Positions 47,742 through 57,963 of a stretch of 64,000 nucleotides of DNA are shown one piece after another. Each line of letters begins with the position of its first letter. Positions within the stretch are counted from its first letter, which is position 1. Both the position numbers and the translations under genes were made by a program. Where the stretch lies: assembly GCA_002353225.1 (NCBI GenBank), contig DEJF01000025.1:2818-66817 (forward strand), read 5' to 3'. The DNA is from Prevotella sp. UBA2755 (GTDB lineage: Bacteria > Bacteroidota > Bacteroidia > Bacteroidales > Bacteroidaceae). The notes below the pieces were generated by a model. The model searched no databases. It was given only the letters and a program-made list of their open reading frames with translations, and was not told where the DNA came from.

Positions 47742-49718
47742 ATGTCGCTGATGTTTCGAATCAAGAAATTAGACATATTCATCACCAAGCAGTTCGGACT
47801 GCTGTTTATTGGAACGTTCTTCATCTGCCAGTTTGTGCTGATGATGCAGTTCCTATGGCGTTATGTCGACGAGTTGATTGGTAAGGGACTCTCACTGGAG
47901 GTCATGGCACAGTTCTTCTGGTATATGGGACTGATGCTGATGCCACAGGCGTTCCCCCTCGCTATTCTGCTGAGTTCACTGATTGCCTTTGGTAACCTTG
48001 GTGAAAGTTCAGAGTTGACGGCTATCAAGGCGGCAGGCATCTCGCTCTTGCAGGCGATGCGCTCTCTGATAGCCATCGTTCTCGTCATCTCCTGTATCTC
48101 TTTCTATTTCCAAGAAGTGATCGGTCCGAAATCATTCATCTCCTTCCGACAACTGCTTTTGTCTATGCAGCAGAAGAACCCGGAGGTGGAGATTCCAGAA
48201 GGCATCTTCTACGACGGCATCAGCGGCTCTAACATCTATGTGCAGAAGAAAGACATGAACACCGGCATGCTCTACGGCATTATGATATACCGTATGAACG
48301 GAGGGTATGAGGACGCTGCCGTCATCCTTGCCGACTCTGGGCGCATGCAGACCACGGAGGAGAAAAAGCACCTGCTACTGACACTCTATAGCGGGGAATG
48401 GTTTGAGAACATGCGTTCACAGGACGTGGCTGGCTCCGCCAATGTCCCCTATCGCCGTGAGACGTTCTCCAACAAGCGTATCGTCCTGGACTTTGACGGT
48501 GACTTCAACATGGCGGAAGCAGGTTATATCTCTGGTGATGCCCGCTCGAAGAGCATGGGGAAAATCCTGCATGACCTCGACTCCATCCGTGAGTTCAACG
48601 ACTCCGTAGGACATCAGTTCTATAAAGAGGCGAAACAGGCCGGCTTCTATCTGCCTGCCCTTGATAAAAAAGACTCTGTGAAGATTCTGACGGATATCCG
48701 TCAAGGCACCATCAATTTTGACTCGCTTTACCAGAAACTGACACCCGAGGAGAAACAGCGTGTGATGAAAGCGGCGGTAAGTGACGCCCAGACAGCATCC
48801 GTCGACTTGGAGTTCAAAGGTGACTACTCCGACGCGCTGAACTCGAACGACCGCCTGCACATGATTGAGGCGATTAACAAGGTGACATTGTCGTTCTCAT
48901 GTCTGATATTCTTCTTCATCGGAGCACCCTTGGGAGCCATCATCCGAAAAGGAGGACTGGGAGTTCCTGTCATCATCTCCGTCTTGGTGTTTATCGTCTA
49001 CTATATCCTGGAGAATACAGGTATGCGCATGGCACGAGATGACAACTGGACGGTCTGGTTCGGCAAAATGCTGGGCACCTGTACGCTGACACCTATCGCC
49101 GCTTTCTTCACCTACAAGGCAAACAACGACTCTGTCGTGTTCAATATCGACCTCTACAAACAGATCGTCTTCAATATGCTGGGACTCCGCAGCAAGCGAC
49201 ATATTAGCAGCAAGGAAGTCATCATCGAGGATCCCATCTATATGGCAGATGCCTACCATCTGTTACGTATCAACCAAGAGATTGAGCAATATAGCGCAGA
49301 GCATCAGTTGCTGCACCTGCCCAATCCCATCAAGGTGTTCTTCCGTCCTGGCGACGACCATACTATCCAACGTATCAGCGACGAACTGGAGGAAGTCATA
49401 GAGGATCTGTCAAACACCAAGGACAGGGGTATCCTCACCTACCTTAACCGCTATCCCATCGTGGCTACTCATGCCCATACCAGACCGTTCCGTCAGAAAT
49501 GGCTGAATATCATAACGGGGCTGGTGATTCCTGTAGGACTCTTCTTCTATCTGAGAATGTGTCGTTTCCGTCTCCGTTTGCGTAAGGACCTGCATACCAT
49601 CAGCAACACCAATACCCTGATGGTACAAAGGATATCAGAGTGCCACCCTGGTACTCCGGTAACAATGGAGGAGTTGCAGAAGATGCCACTGATCATCGAT
49701 CTTATTAATAATAAATAA
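47742..49718 (+). CDS. LptF/LptG-family LPS export permease
   Basis: [19 protein letters not shown] and [16 protein letters not shown] motifs. Confidence 0.92.
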   Translation: MSLMFRIKKLDIFITKQFGLLFIGTFFICQFVLMMQFLWRYVDELIGKGLSLEVMAQFFWYMGLMLMPQAFPLAILLSSLIAFGNLGESSELTAIKAAGISLLQAMRSLIAIVLVISCISFYFQEVIGPKSFISFRQLLLSMQQKNPEVEIPEGIFYDGISGSNIYVQKKDMNTGMLYGIMIYRMNGGYEDAAVILADSGRMQTTEEKKHLLLTLYSGEWFENMRSQDVAGSANVPYRRETFSNKRIVLDFDGDFNMAEAGYISGDARSKSMGKILHDLDSIREFNDSVGHQFYKEAKQAGFYLPALDKKDSVKILTDIRQGTINFDSLYQKLTPEEKQRVMKAAVSDAQTASVDLEFKGDYSDALNSNDRLHMIEAINKVTLSFSCLIFFFIGAPLGAIIRKGGLGVPVIISVLVFIVYYILENTGMRMARDDNWTVWFGKMLGTCTLTPIAAFFTYKANNDSVVFNIDLYKQIVFNMLGLRSKRHISSKEVIIEDPIYMADAYHLLRINQEIEQYSAEHQLLHLPNPIKVFFRPGDDHTIQRISDELEEVIEDLSNTKDRGILTYLNRYPIVATHAHTRPFRQKWLNIITGLVIPVGLFFYLRMCRFRLRLRKDLHTISNTNTLMVQRISECHPGTPVTMEELQKMPLIIDLINNK

Positions 49719-49740
49719 TGTGTAACTACTTAAATAATAT

Positions 49741-50952
49741 ATGGAGAATTTCAAACTAAATACCATTGAAGAGGCTTTAGAGGATTTCCGTGAGGGGAAA
49801 TTCGTCATTGTCGTAGACGACGAGGACCGTGAGAACGAGGGTGACCTTATCTGCGCGGCAGAGAAGATCACACCAGAGATGGTAAACTTCATGCTGAAGA
49901 ACGCACGAGGACTGCTCTGCGCACCTATCACTATCAGCCGTAGTCAGGAACTGGACCTGCCCCATCAGGTACAGGACAACACCTCCCTGCTGGGCACCCC
50001 TTTCACTGTGACCATCGACAAGATAGAGGGATGCACCACTGGTGTCTCCGCCCACGACCGTGCGGCTACCATCCGTGCGCTCGCCGACCCCACCTCCACC
50101 CCTAAGACATTCGGACGACCTGGTCATATTAACCCTCTCTACGCCCAAGACAACGGTGTGCTACGCAGAAGTGGACATACCGAAGCCGCCATCGACCTCT
50201 GCAAACTCTCCGGACTCTATCCTGCAGGTGCCCTGATGGAGATTATGAACGACGACGGCACCATGGCACGCATGCCCCAATTAATGGAGTTTGCCCGCCT
50301 GCACCACATGAAAATCATCACCATCAAGGATATGATCGCCTACCGCCTCCAGAAAGAATCACTCATCGAGGTTGGCGAAGAGGTGGAGATGCCCACAGAC
50401 TACGGACACTTCAAACTGATTCCCTTCCGACAGGTGAGCAACGGTCTGGAGCACATGGCACTTATCAAGGGAGAATGGAAGGAGGAAGAGCCTATTCTGG
50501 TACGCGTACACTCCTCCTGTATGACGGGTGACATTCTCGGTTCGAAACGCTGCGACTGCGGTGAGCAACTCCACAAGGCAATGCAGGCTATCGAGAAAGA
50601 AGGAAAAGGGGTCGTCATCTATATGCAACAGGAAGGACGCGGCATCGGACTGATGAACAAAATAGCAGCCTACAAACTGCAAGAGGAAGGACTGGACACC
50701 GTGGATGCCAATGTCCATTTAGGATTCAAACCCGACGAGCGTGACTATGGATGCGGTGCCCAGATGCTGCGCCACCTGGGTGTCCATAAGATGCGACTGC
50801 TGACCAATAACCCTGTCAAACGCGTCGGACTGGAAGCGTATGGGCTGGAGATTGTGGAGAACGTACCCATCGAGGTAACTCCCAACCCCTATAACCTGCG
50901 TTATCTGGAGACTAAGAAAAACCGCATGGGGCACACCCTCCATCTGAAATAG
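49741..50952 (+). CDS. ribBA: Bifunctional DHBP synthase / GTP cyclohydrolase II
   Basis: [32 protein letters not shown] and QEGRGIGL motifs. Confidence 0.97.
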   Translation: MENFKLNTIEEALEDFREGKFVIVVDDEDRENEGDLICAAEKITPEMVNFMLKNARGLLCAPITISRSQELDLPHQVQDNTSLLGTPFTVTIDKIEGCTTGVSAHDRAATIRALADPTSTPKTFGRPGHINPLYAQDNGVLRRSGHTEAAIDLCKLSGLYPAGALMEIMNDDGTMARMPQLMEFARLHHMKIITIKDMIAYRLQKESLIEVGEEVEMPTDYGHFKLIPFRQVSNGLEHMALIKGEWKEEEPILVRVHSSCMTGDILGSKRCDCGEQLHKAMQAIEKEGKGVVIYMQQEGRGIGLMNKIAAYKLQEEGLDTVDANVHLGFKPDERDYGCGAQMLRHLGVHKMRLLTNNPVKRVGLEAYGLEIVENVPIEVTPNPYNLRYLETKKNRMGHTLHLK

Positions 50953-51055
50953 TGTTGGTTTTTCAAGGTTTTCATTAAAAAAATGACACATTTCTTTCTT
51001 TTAAAAGAATAAAATGATTACTTTTGCACCTAAATAAAAAACACTGACAACAAAT

Positions 51056-52249
51056 ATGGCACAATTATCTGACCGTCTGCAACGTCTGGCACCCTCCGCC
51101 ACACTTGCTATGTCACAAAAAAGTTCTGAAATGAAAGCACAGGGCATCGATGTCATCAATATGAGCGTCGGAGAGCCCGACTTCAATACCCCCGACCACA
51201 TCAAACAAGCGGCTAAACTTGCCATTGATGAGAACTATTCCCGCTATTCACCCGTACCCGGCTATCCCGACCTTCGTCAGGCAATAGCCCGTAAACTGGA
51301 ACGTGAGAATCACCTGCACTATCAGCCTTCTGAGATTCTGGTGTCTAACGGAGCCAAGCAAAGCGTGTGCAACACCGTCATGGCATTAGTTAATCCTGGT
51401 GATGAGGTGATTATCCCTGCCCCCTACTGGGTCAGTTATCCACAGATGGTACTCCTTGCAGGAGGCAAACCCGTCTTCGTTGAGGCAGGTTTCGAGCAAA
51501 ACTTCAAGATGACACCAGCGCAACTGGAGGCGGCTATTACCCCAAAGACCCGCCTGTTGATTCTCTGTTCACCCAGCAATCCTACGGGCAGTGTCTATAA
51601 CAAGGAGGAACTGGAGGGACTTGCCAATGTCATCAAGCGTCACGATGACCTCTTCGTCCTCGCCGATGAGATATACGAGCATATTAATTACGTGGGCAAG
51701 CACGAGAGTATCGCCAAGTTTGAGGGCATGAAGGAGCGCAGCATCATTGTCAACGGTGTCAGCAAAGCATACGCCATGACAGGCTGGCGTATCGGTTATA
51801 TCGCAGCACCCGAGTGGATCGTCAAAGGCTGTAACAAACTACAAGGACAATACACAAGCGGTCCTTGCTCTGTCAGTCAGAAAGCCGCAGAGTTCGCCTA
51901 CATCTCCAGTCAGGAGTGCGTGGAAGAGATGCGTAAGGCTTTCGAGCGTCGCCGTGACCTGATAGTCAAACTCGCCCAAGAGATTCCCGGACTGGAGGTC
52001 AATGTCCCAGAGGGAGCCTTCTACCTGTTCCCCAAGTGCAGCAGTTTCTATGGCAAGAGTGATGGGGAGAAGACCATCAACAACTCCACTGACCTCGCCC
52101 TCTATCTGCTGGAGAAAGGGCATGTAGCGACTGTTGGTGGCGATGCCTTCGGCGACCCGGAATGCTTCCGCATGAGTTACGCCACGAGTGACGAAAATAT
52201 CATTGAGGCAATGCGCAGAATCAAGGAAGTTCTGGCGAGGCTTCATTAA
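51056..52249 (+). CDS. Class I PLP-dependent (aspartate) aminotransferase
   Basis: GEPDF, GAKQ, SPSNPTG, DEIY and SKAYAMTGWRIG motifs. Confidence 0.95.
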   Translation: MAQLSDRLQRLAPSATLAMSQKSSEMKAQGIDVINMSVGEPDFNTPDHIKQAAKLAIDENYSRYSPVPGYPDLRQAIARKLERENHLHYQPSEILVSNGAKQSVCNTVMALVNPGDEVIIPAPYWVSYPQMVLLAGGKPVFVEAGFEQNFKMTPAQLEAAITPKTRLLILCSPSNPTGSVYNKEELEGLANVIKRHDDLFVLADEIYEHINYVGKHESIAKFEGMKERSIIVNGVSKAYAMTGWRIGYIAAPEWIVKGCNKLQGQYTSGPCSVSQKAAEFAYISSQECVEEMRKAFERRRDLIVKLAQEIPGLEVNVPEGAFYLFPKCSSFYGKSDGEKTINNSTDLALYLLEKGHVATVGGDAFGDPECFRMSYATSDENIIEAMRRIKEVLARLH

Positions 52250-52437
52250 AAATTGACGAATATCAAGTTAAAAGTTCTTAAAAGGACGGTTTAACCGCCG
52301 TAAATTGTTATCTTTGCCAAATGATAGGCGTATAAAAATGCCGTGTCAGCGACCTAAAGCAAGGCAAGACGCAATAAATCAGAAAGATATATTATAAATC
52401 AATTTATTTAATAACTAAAATTTAAACTTTTAAAATT

Positions 52438-53265
52438 ATGGCAACTACACAAAAGGCTGTAGCCCCAGCCAAGAAATCGGGCTTCCAAGGTGTTAAAGCT
52501 GCGTGGATTATTCTCGCTATCTGCTGCGCTGCAGGTTATGGCGTATGGTATTTCATTATGGGTAACCCCGACAACTTCGTTGGTGGTGACCGTAGCGGAC
52601 ACCCTGCAAATCTGTTAGGTACAGTTTATAAAGGAGGTTTCGTAGTAGGTTTGATCCTGACTCTGCTCTTCACCGTTATCTGCTTGGGTATCGAGCGTTT
52701 CTTCGCTATCAAGAGTGCTTCTGGTAAGATCAACCTCGCCAAGTTCACCGCTCAGGTTAAGGATCTCATCAAGGCTCAGAAGTTTGCTGAGGCTGACGCT
52801 CTCTGCGACAAGATGCAGGGTTCTGTAGCCAACGTAGTAAAGGCTTCTATCAACATGTACCAGTCTGTAGAGGGTGACACCACTCTGAAGAAGGCCGCTA
52901 AGATTGCTAAGATCCAGCAGGCTCACGAGGAGGCTACTCAGTTGGAGATGCCTACCCTTCAGATGAATATGCCTATGGTTGCAACCATCGTATCTCTGGG
53001 TACCCTGACCGCTCTGTTCGGAACCGTGCTCGGTATGATCGGATCATTCCAGGCTCTGTCTGCTGGTGGTGGTGCTGACTCTATGGCTCTGTCTGCCGGT
53101 ATTTCTGAGGCCCTTGTAAACACTGCATCTGGTATTTTGACCTCTTGGGTTGCTACCGTTGTTTACAACTTCTTCTCTAACAAGATTGACAAGTTGACCT
53201 ACGCACTCGACGAGATTGGTTTCACAATCGCTGCTACATACGATTCAAACCACAACGAGGCTTAA
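52438..53265 (+). CDS. exbB: MotA/TolQ/ExbB proton channel
   Basis: LFGTVLGMIGSF...GISEALVNTA motif. Confidence 0.92.
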   Translation: MATTQKAVAPAKKSGFQGVKAAWIILAICCAAGYGVWYFIMGNPDNFVGGDRSGHPANLLGTVYKGGFVVGLILTLLFTVICLGIERFFAIKSASGKINLAKFTAQVKDLIKAQKFAEADALCDKMQGSVANVVKASINMYQSVEGDTTLKKAAKIAKIQQAHEEATQLEMPTLQMNMPMVATIVSLGTLTALFGTVLGMIGSFQALSAGGGADSMALSAGISEALVNTASGILTSWVATVVYNFFSNKIDKLTYALDEIGFTIAATYDSNHNEA

Positions 53266-53297
53266 TTTTTAACCATCTAAATAAAGCATTTTAGAGA

Positions 53298-53915
53298 ATG
53301 GCTAAAATTAAGATACAGAAAAAAGACATCTGGATTGACATGACGCCTATGTCAGACGTGATGACACTGCTTCTGTGTTTCTTCATGTTGACCTCAACAT
53401 TCCTGACCCCAGAGCCGGTACAGGTTACTGCACCTAACTCTGTGTCAGAGTTGAAGATACCAGAGCAGGACGTTCTGAACATTCTGGTAACCCCAGAGGG
53501 TCGTGTCTATTGCGGTACGGAAAACAAGAACAACATGCAGGCGATGCTGGACATCATGACCGACAAGTTCGGCGTTCAGCTCAACCCAACCCAGATCAAG
53601 CATTTCCGCGAGGATGCTATGGTTGGAGCCAGCATGTCGCAAATGGCAGCGTACCTCAACCTCGAGCCTGAGAAAATGGCAGAGGAAGTCCAGAAGCTCG
53701 GTCTTCCACTTGACAGTATCAAGGGAGGAAAGAGCGAGTTCCAGGAGTGGGTCTCTGCGGCCCGCGAAGCAAATCCTGACATCAAGCTCGCTATCAAGTG
53801 CGACTCAAAGACTCCTTATGCATCTATTAAGAAGTTGATGTCAGAGCTACAAGATATGAACGAGAACCGTTTCCAGCTCATTACGAATCTCGATGTTAAA
53901 CGTTTAAACGACTAG
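53298..53915 (+). CDS. exbD: ExbD/TolR-family protein 1
   Basis: DMTPMSDVMTLLLCFFML motif. Confidence 0.9.
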   Translation: MAKIKIQKKDIWIDMTPMSDVMTLLLCFFMLTSTFLTPEPVQVTAPNSVSELKIPEQDVLNILVTPEGRVYCGTENKNNMQAMLDIMTDKFGVQLNPTQIKHFREDAMVGASMSQMAAYLNLEPEKMAEEVQKLGLPLDSIKGGKSEFQEWVSAAREANPDIKLAIKCDSKTPYASIKKLMSELQDMNENRFQLITNLDVKRLND

Positions 53916-53919
53916 TATT

Positions 53920-54585
53920 ATGGCAAAAAAGAATCTATCCAAGCAGAAGAAGATGGATACCCGCGTGAACTTCACGCCAATGGTAGACATGATGATGCTT
54001 TTGATCACGTTCTTCATGCTGTGTACTACACTGGCTAAGCCGCAGGCTATGCAGTTGACCATGCCGTCAAACGATGACACGAAGAATCTGAATGAAGAAC
54101 AGAAGCAGGTTACAAAGGCTTCTCACACCATTACTCTTTACCTTGGCTCTAATGACAAGGTATGGTATATTGCCGGTCTGCCCAATTACGATGATCCTTC
54201 ATGCGTAAAGGAGACCACCTATGGCAAAGATGGTATTGAGAAAGTTCTCAATGAGCATACCACCGAGGAAGGTATCAACCCTATTGCCAAGATCAAGATG
54301 GCAAAGAAGGAACTTGATGCCAAGAAGAATGAGTATAACTCAAAGATGACTGACGAGCAGTATCAGGAAGCTCTCAAGAAGCTGAAAAAGGGTGAACTCC
54401 CCAATGGCGAGAAGGTTCCTACGATGACCGTCATTATCCGTCCTCTGAACACTGCCACCTATGAGAACATGGTGGCAGCCCTCGACGAGATGCTGATAAG
54501 CAATGTTGATAAGTATGTCATTGACAATGTCGACAAGATGAGTGACGAAGACAAGGCACTCATCCAGAAGGCAGGTGTCAAGTGA
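53920..54585 (+). CDS. exbD: ExbD/TolR-family protein 2
   Basis: NFTPMVDMMMLLITFFML motif. Confidence 0.9.
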   Translation: MAKKNLSKQKKMDTRVNFTPMVDMMMLLITFFMLCTTLAKPQAMQLTMPSNDDTKNLNEEQKQVTKASHTITLYLGSNDKVWYIAGLPNYDDPSCVKETTYGKDGIEKVLNEHTTEEGINPIAKIKMAKKELDAKKNEYNSKMTDEQYQEALKKLKKGELPNGEKVPTMTVIIRPLNTATYENMVAALDEMLISNVDKYVIDNVDKMSDEDKALIQKAGVK

Positions 54586-54611
54586 TTAACCCCTAAAAAG
54601 CAGAAAGAACT

Positions 54612-55445
54612 ATGGCAAAAATAGATCTTATAGACAATGGCTGGGTTGACCTCGTCTTTGAGGGTAAGAACCAAGCATACGGTGCTTATCAATTGCGCAA
54701 GAATACTGGTGCTCGTAACCTGAAAGCACTTATCACGATGTTCATTGGTTTCGCTATCATCGCAGCCATCGTCATCGCAAAGGTATCTATTGAGAACTAC
54801 ATCGCATCACAGAATGCAGCCATCGAGGCAGACGTAGAACTCCAGAGCCTTGCAGAGAAGAAGGAGGCCAAGGTAGAGAAGAAAGATGAGCCCGAAGTTG
54901 AGAAGATTGAGGTTGAGCGCGTTAAGAGTTCTGTAGCCTTCACCGTTCCTGAAATTAAGAAGGATAATGAGGTAAAGGAAGAGCAGGAGATGAAATCTCA
55001 GGAAGAACTTCAGGAGACCAACACCGCCATCGGTGCCTTCAACGTAGAGGGTAACGACGAGACAGCCGGTGAGGTGCTCAAAGCCAAGGAAGTAATTGCT
55101 GAGCCAGAGCCTCCAAAGGTAGAGGAGACGAAAGTCTTCGACGTTGTAGAGCAGATGCCTTCATTCCCTGGTGGACAAGGTGCACTGATGTCTTGGCTTA
55201 GCAGCAACATCAAGTATCCTGTAGTAGCCGAGGAGAATGGTGTACAGGGTCGCGTAGTTTGTACCTTCGTGGTTGAGCGTGACGGTTCTATCACAGACGT
55301 AAAAGTCGTTCGTGGTGTTGACCCCTCTCTTGACAAGGAGGCTGTACGCGTGCTCAAGCAGATGCCGAAATGGATTCCTGGTAAGCAGAATGGTTCAGCC
55401 GTACGTGTAAAGTACACTGTTCCTGTAACCTTCAAACTCCAGTAA
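54612..55445 (+). CDS. tonB: Energy transducer TonB
   Basis: DLVFEGKNQAYGAY, TM, and MPSFPGG...YP...QGRV...DG TonB C-terminal domain. Confidence 0.94.
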   Translation: MAKIDLIDNGWVDLVFEGKNQAYGAYQLRKNTGARNLKALITMFIGFAIIAAIVIAKVSIENYIASQNAAIEADVELQSLAEKKEAKVEKKDEPEVEKIEVERVKSSVAFTVPEIKKDNEVKEEQEMKSQEELQETNTAIGAFNVEGNDETAGEVLKAKEVIAEPEPPKVEETKVFDVVEQMPSFPGGQGALMSWLSSNIKYPVVAEENGVQGRVVCTFVVERDGSITDVKVVRGVDPSLDKEAVRVLKQMPKWIPGKQNGSAVRVKYTVPVTFKLQ

Positions 55446-55448
55446 TTG

Positions 55449-56405
55449 ATGACAAAGAACCTATTCAACAAACTCGTTGGATTAACACTTATTTTAGGCT
55501 TGCTCTCCTCTTGTGGGAGCAAGCCTAATCCTGAACAGGAAGAAGCATACCTGAAAGCCGCCGAGGAATTTGTGGCAGACGAGAGTTTCTATCCGATTCT
55601 TGACGAGGAACTTTTCTATTTCAACAGTCAGCGTATTGACACCATCGGTGTAAACTACATCAACGAGCAAGAGGCTGTTGAGAAACTGATGAAGTTGGAG
55701 ACATGGCTTGCGTTCACCACTCGTGATTTCACTGCCAAGGAAAAGAAAAGCCTGCAAGACCGTAAATATCTGCCCCGTGCGATACCCATCGCTTACGACG
55801 GTCTTTCCATTATCGTCAATAATACCAATCCCGACAGTTGCATCACCATCAAGGATTTTGCACGCATTCTCCGCGGAGAGGTCACGCAATGGGGCGAGAT
55901 TTATCCCAATTCCAAATTGGGAGCCATTGATGTCGTATTCGACAATCCATTATCCAGTACGGTTCGTTGGTGCGTAGACTCTATCCTTGGAGGAAAGGAG
56001 TTCACGAACCCCAATATCGGAGCCGTCAAGACCAGTGCCGCTGTGATAGACTATGTGGAGAATCACAAGAACTCCTTGGGCATCATCGGTTCCAACTGGC
56101 TGAATGACAAGCGTGATACCACGAATGTCACCTTTAAGAAGAACATAACAGTGATGGGTGTGTCAAAACTGGACTCTGCCACCAAGGCAAACAGTTGGAA
56201 GCCCTACCAATACTATTTATATAATGGCAACTACCCGTTGCGCCGTACCATCTATGCGTTACTGAATGACACCCGTAACGGAACACCTACGGCTTTCGCA
56301 CACTATTGTCAGTTGCCCAAGGGACAACTCATCATCCTCCGCTCCGGACTACTACCCCGTTCAGCGAACATGAATGTGCGACAAATAATTGTCAATAAAG
56401 AATAA
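55449..56405 (+). CDS. PstS-like periplasmic-binding-fold lipoprotein
   Basis: Lipobox LSSC; DESFYP, IAYDGLSIIVN and YPLRR motifs. Confidence 0.85.
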   Translation: MTKNLFNKLVGLTLILGLLSSCGSKPNPEQEEAYLKAAEEFVADESFYPILDEELFYFNSQRIDTIGVNYINEQEAVEKLMKLETWLAFTTRDFTAKEKKSLQDRKYLPRAIPIAYDGLSIIVNNTNPDSCITIKDFARILRGEVTQWGEIYPNSKLGAIDVVFDNPLSSTVRWCVDSILGGKEFTNPNIGAVKTSAAVIDYVENHKNSLGIIGSNWLNDKRDTTNVTFKKNITVMGVSKLDSATKANSWKPYQYYLYNGNYPLRRTIYALLNDTRNGTPTAFAHYCQLPKGQLIILRSGLLPRSANMNVRQIIVNKE

Positions 56406-56476
56406 ACCAATTTGACGTTCCAACGTCATAACGATAGAGAGTAGAAACAAGAAGTATAACCTTTAATAAATGAATT

Positions 56477-57904
56477 ATGAAAGCAATTAAATATCTTGTA
56501 ATGGGAGCGCTGATGATAGGATTCGGCACTCCAGTGTTGGCACAGGACGGTACAAAGGCCGATATTGATGCCGTAAAGAAAATCATTAGTAGCAAACCCG
56601 CAGATCTCGACAAGCAGATGAAGCCTTACTACAAGGAAAACAGAAAGAATGCCGAGATGATGATGGCTTTTGCACGTGCCTTCTATGAGGCAAAGGACAC
56701 TGCTCATGCTCATGAGTATGCACAGTACGCTCTGGTAGCCTCTAAGAACAAGTATGCTCCCGCATACGTTCTGTTAGGTGACATCGCTGCCCTTGCAGAT
56801 GATGGTGGTGCTGCTGCTTCATGGTATGACCAGGCAATCTATTATGACAACAAACTCGCCGAGGCATATCGTAAGTATGCGATGGTATACCGTAAGATCG
56901 ACCCAAGAGGTGCTGCCCAGAAACTGGATGACCTGAAGGCTAACTGTCCGGAGGTGAACGTGGATGCTATCAAGGGACACATCTTCATGGTGGCTGGTGA
57001 TGAGAAGAGCGCTTACAATGAGTTCAAGAAAGTACCCATCGCCCAGTTGGACAAGAGTTACCTGAACGAGTTCGCACGTGCCAGTTATTTCCAGGGTCAC
57101 TTTGAGGACGCTCTCGCAGCCTGTGAGCAGGGACTGAAGGAAAAGCCCCGTAATGCCACCTTCACCCGTCTTGCTATGTTCAGCAACTATGAGTTGAAGA
57201 ACTACGATGCTGCCAAGGGTTACATCTATAAGTATTTCAACGAGACCGATAGTGCTAAGTATTCAGAGTACGACCACTACTATTCCGCTTTGATCTATGA
57301 CGCACTTGGTGAGCAGCAGAATGCCTTCGGTGAGTATGACAAGGCTCTGGCACTGGTTAACGACTCTTCAATGATTAAGAAATGGGCTATCTTGAAGACC
57401 CTCTCTGACGCATACCTGAAGAACAAGGACTTCGCCAAGGCAACCGATTACTACAAGCAGATGCTGGGTGCCAAGAAGGATCTGACCTATGATGACGAGG
57501 AAGGTCTTGCCAATATCTACTCAAAGGATGGAGATGCCTCAGCAGATCCCGCCAAGAAGGTTGAGATGATTAAGAAGGCTGACGAGGTTTATGCAGACCT
57601 GATTAAGAAATATCCTACTCAGGAGGTTTACTCCACCTATATGCGTGCTAACCTCAACAACAAACTCGACAACAATATGGAGAAGAGTCTTGCTAAGCCC
57701 TATTACGAGAAACTTGCCTCCTTGTTGAGTGGCAGAAGCGATCGTACGAAGGGACAGGACACCATGCTGAAGACCGCCTACCACTATCTGATGTTTAATG
57801 CTTATATTAACAAGAATGTGGATGGTGCTAAGGGATTCGCTGAGAAGATTCTCCAGATTGACCCAGAGTATAAGGCAGCATTGGAGATTCAGGCTCTGAA
57901 ATAA
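56477..57904 (+). CDS. Exported TPR protein
   Basis: Signal peptide (VLAQ) and all-helical TPR pattern. Confidence 0.85.
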   Translation: MKAIKYLVMGALMIGFGTPVLAQDGTKADIDAVKKIISSKPADLDKQMKPYYKENRKNAEMMMAFARAFYEAKDTAHAHEYAQYALVASKNKYAPAYVLLGDIAALADDGGAAASWYDQAIYYDNKLAEAYRKYAMVYRKIDPRGAAQKLDDLKANCPEVNVDAIKGHIFMVAGDEKSAYNEFKKVPIAQLDKSYLNEFARASYFQGHFEDALAACEQGLKEKPRNATFTRLAMFSNYELKNYDAAKGYIYKYFNETDSAKYSEYDHYYSALIYDALGEQQNAFGEYDKALALVNDSSMIKKWAILKTLSDAYLKNKDFAKATDYYKQMLGAKKDLTYDDEEGLANIYSKDGDASADPAKKVEMIKKADEVYADLIKKYPTQEVYSTYMRANLNNKLDNNMEKSLAKPYYEKLASLLSGRSDRTKGQDTMLKTAYHYLMFNAYINKNVDGAKGFAEKILQIDPEYKAALEIQALK

Positions 57905-57916
57905 ACCGAATATTAC

Positions 57917-57952
57917 AAGGAGCGCAAGTCTCGGCTTGCGCCCCTTCTTTTT
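57917..57952 (+). terminator. Intrinsic terminator of the tonB operon
   Basis: AAGGAGCGCAAGTC-TC-GGCTTGCGCCCCTT followed by a T run. Confidence 0.7.
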
Positions 57953-57963
57953 AATAAAAACGT

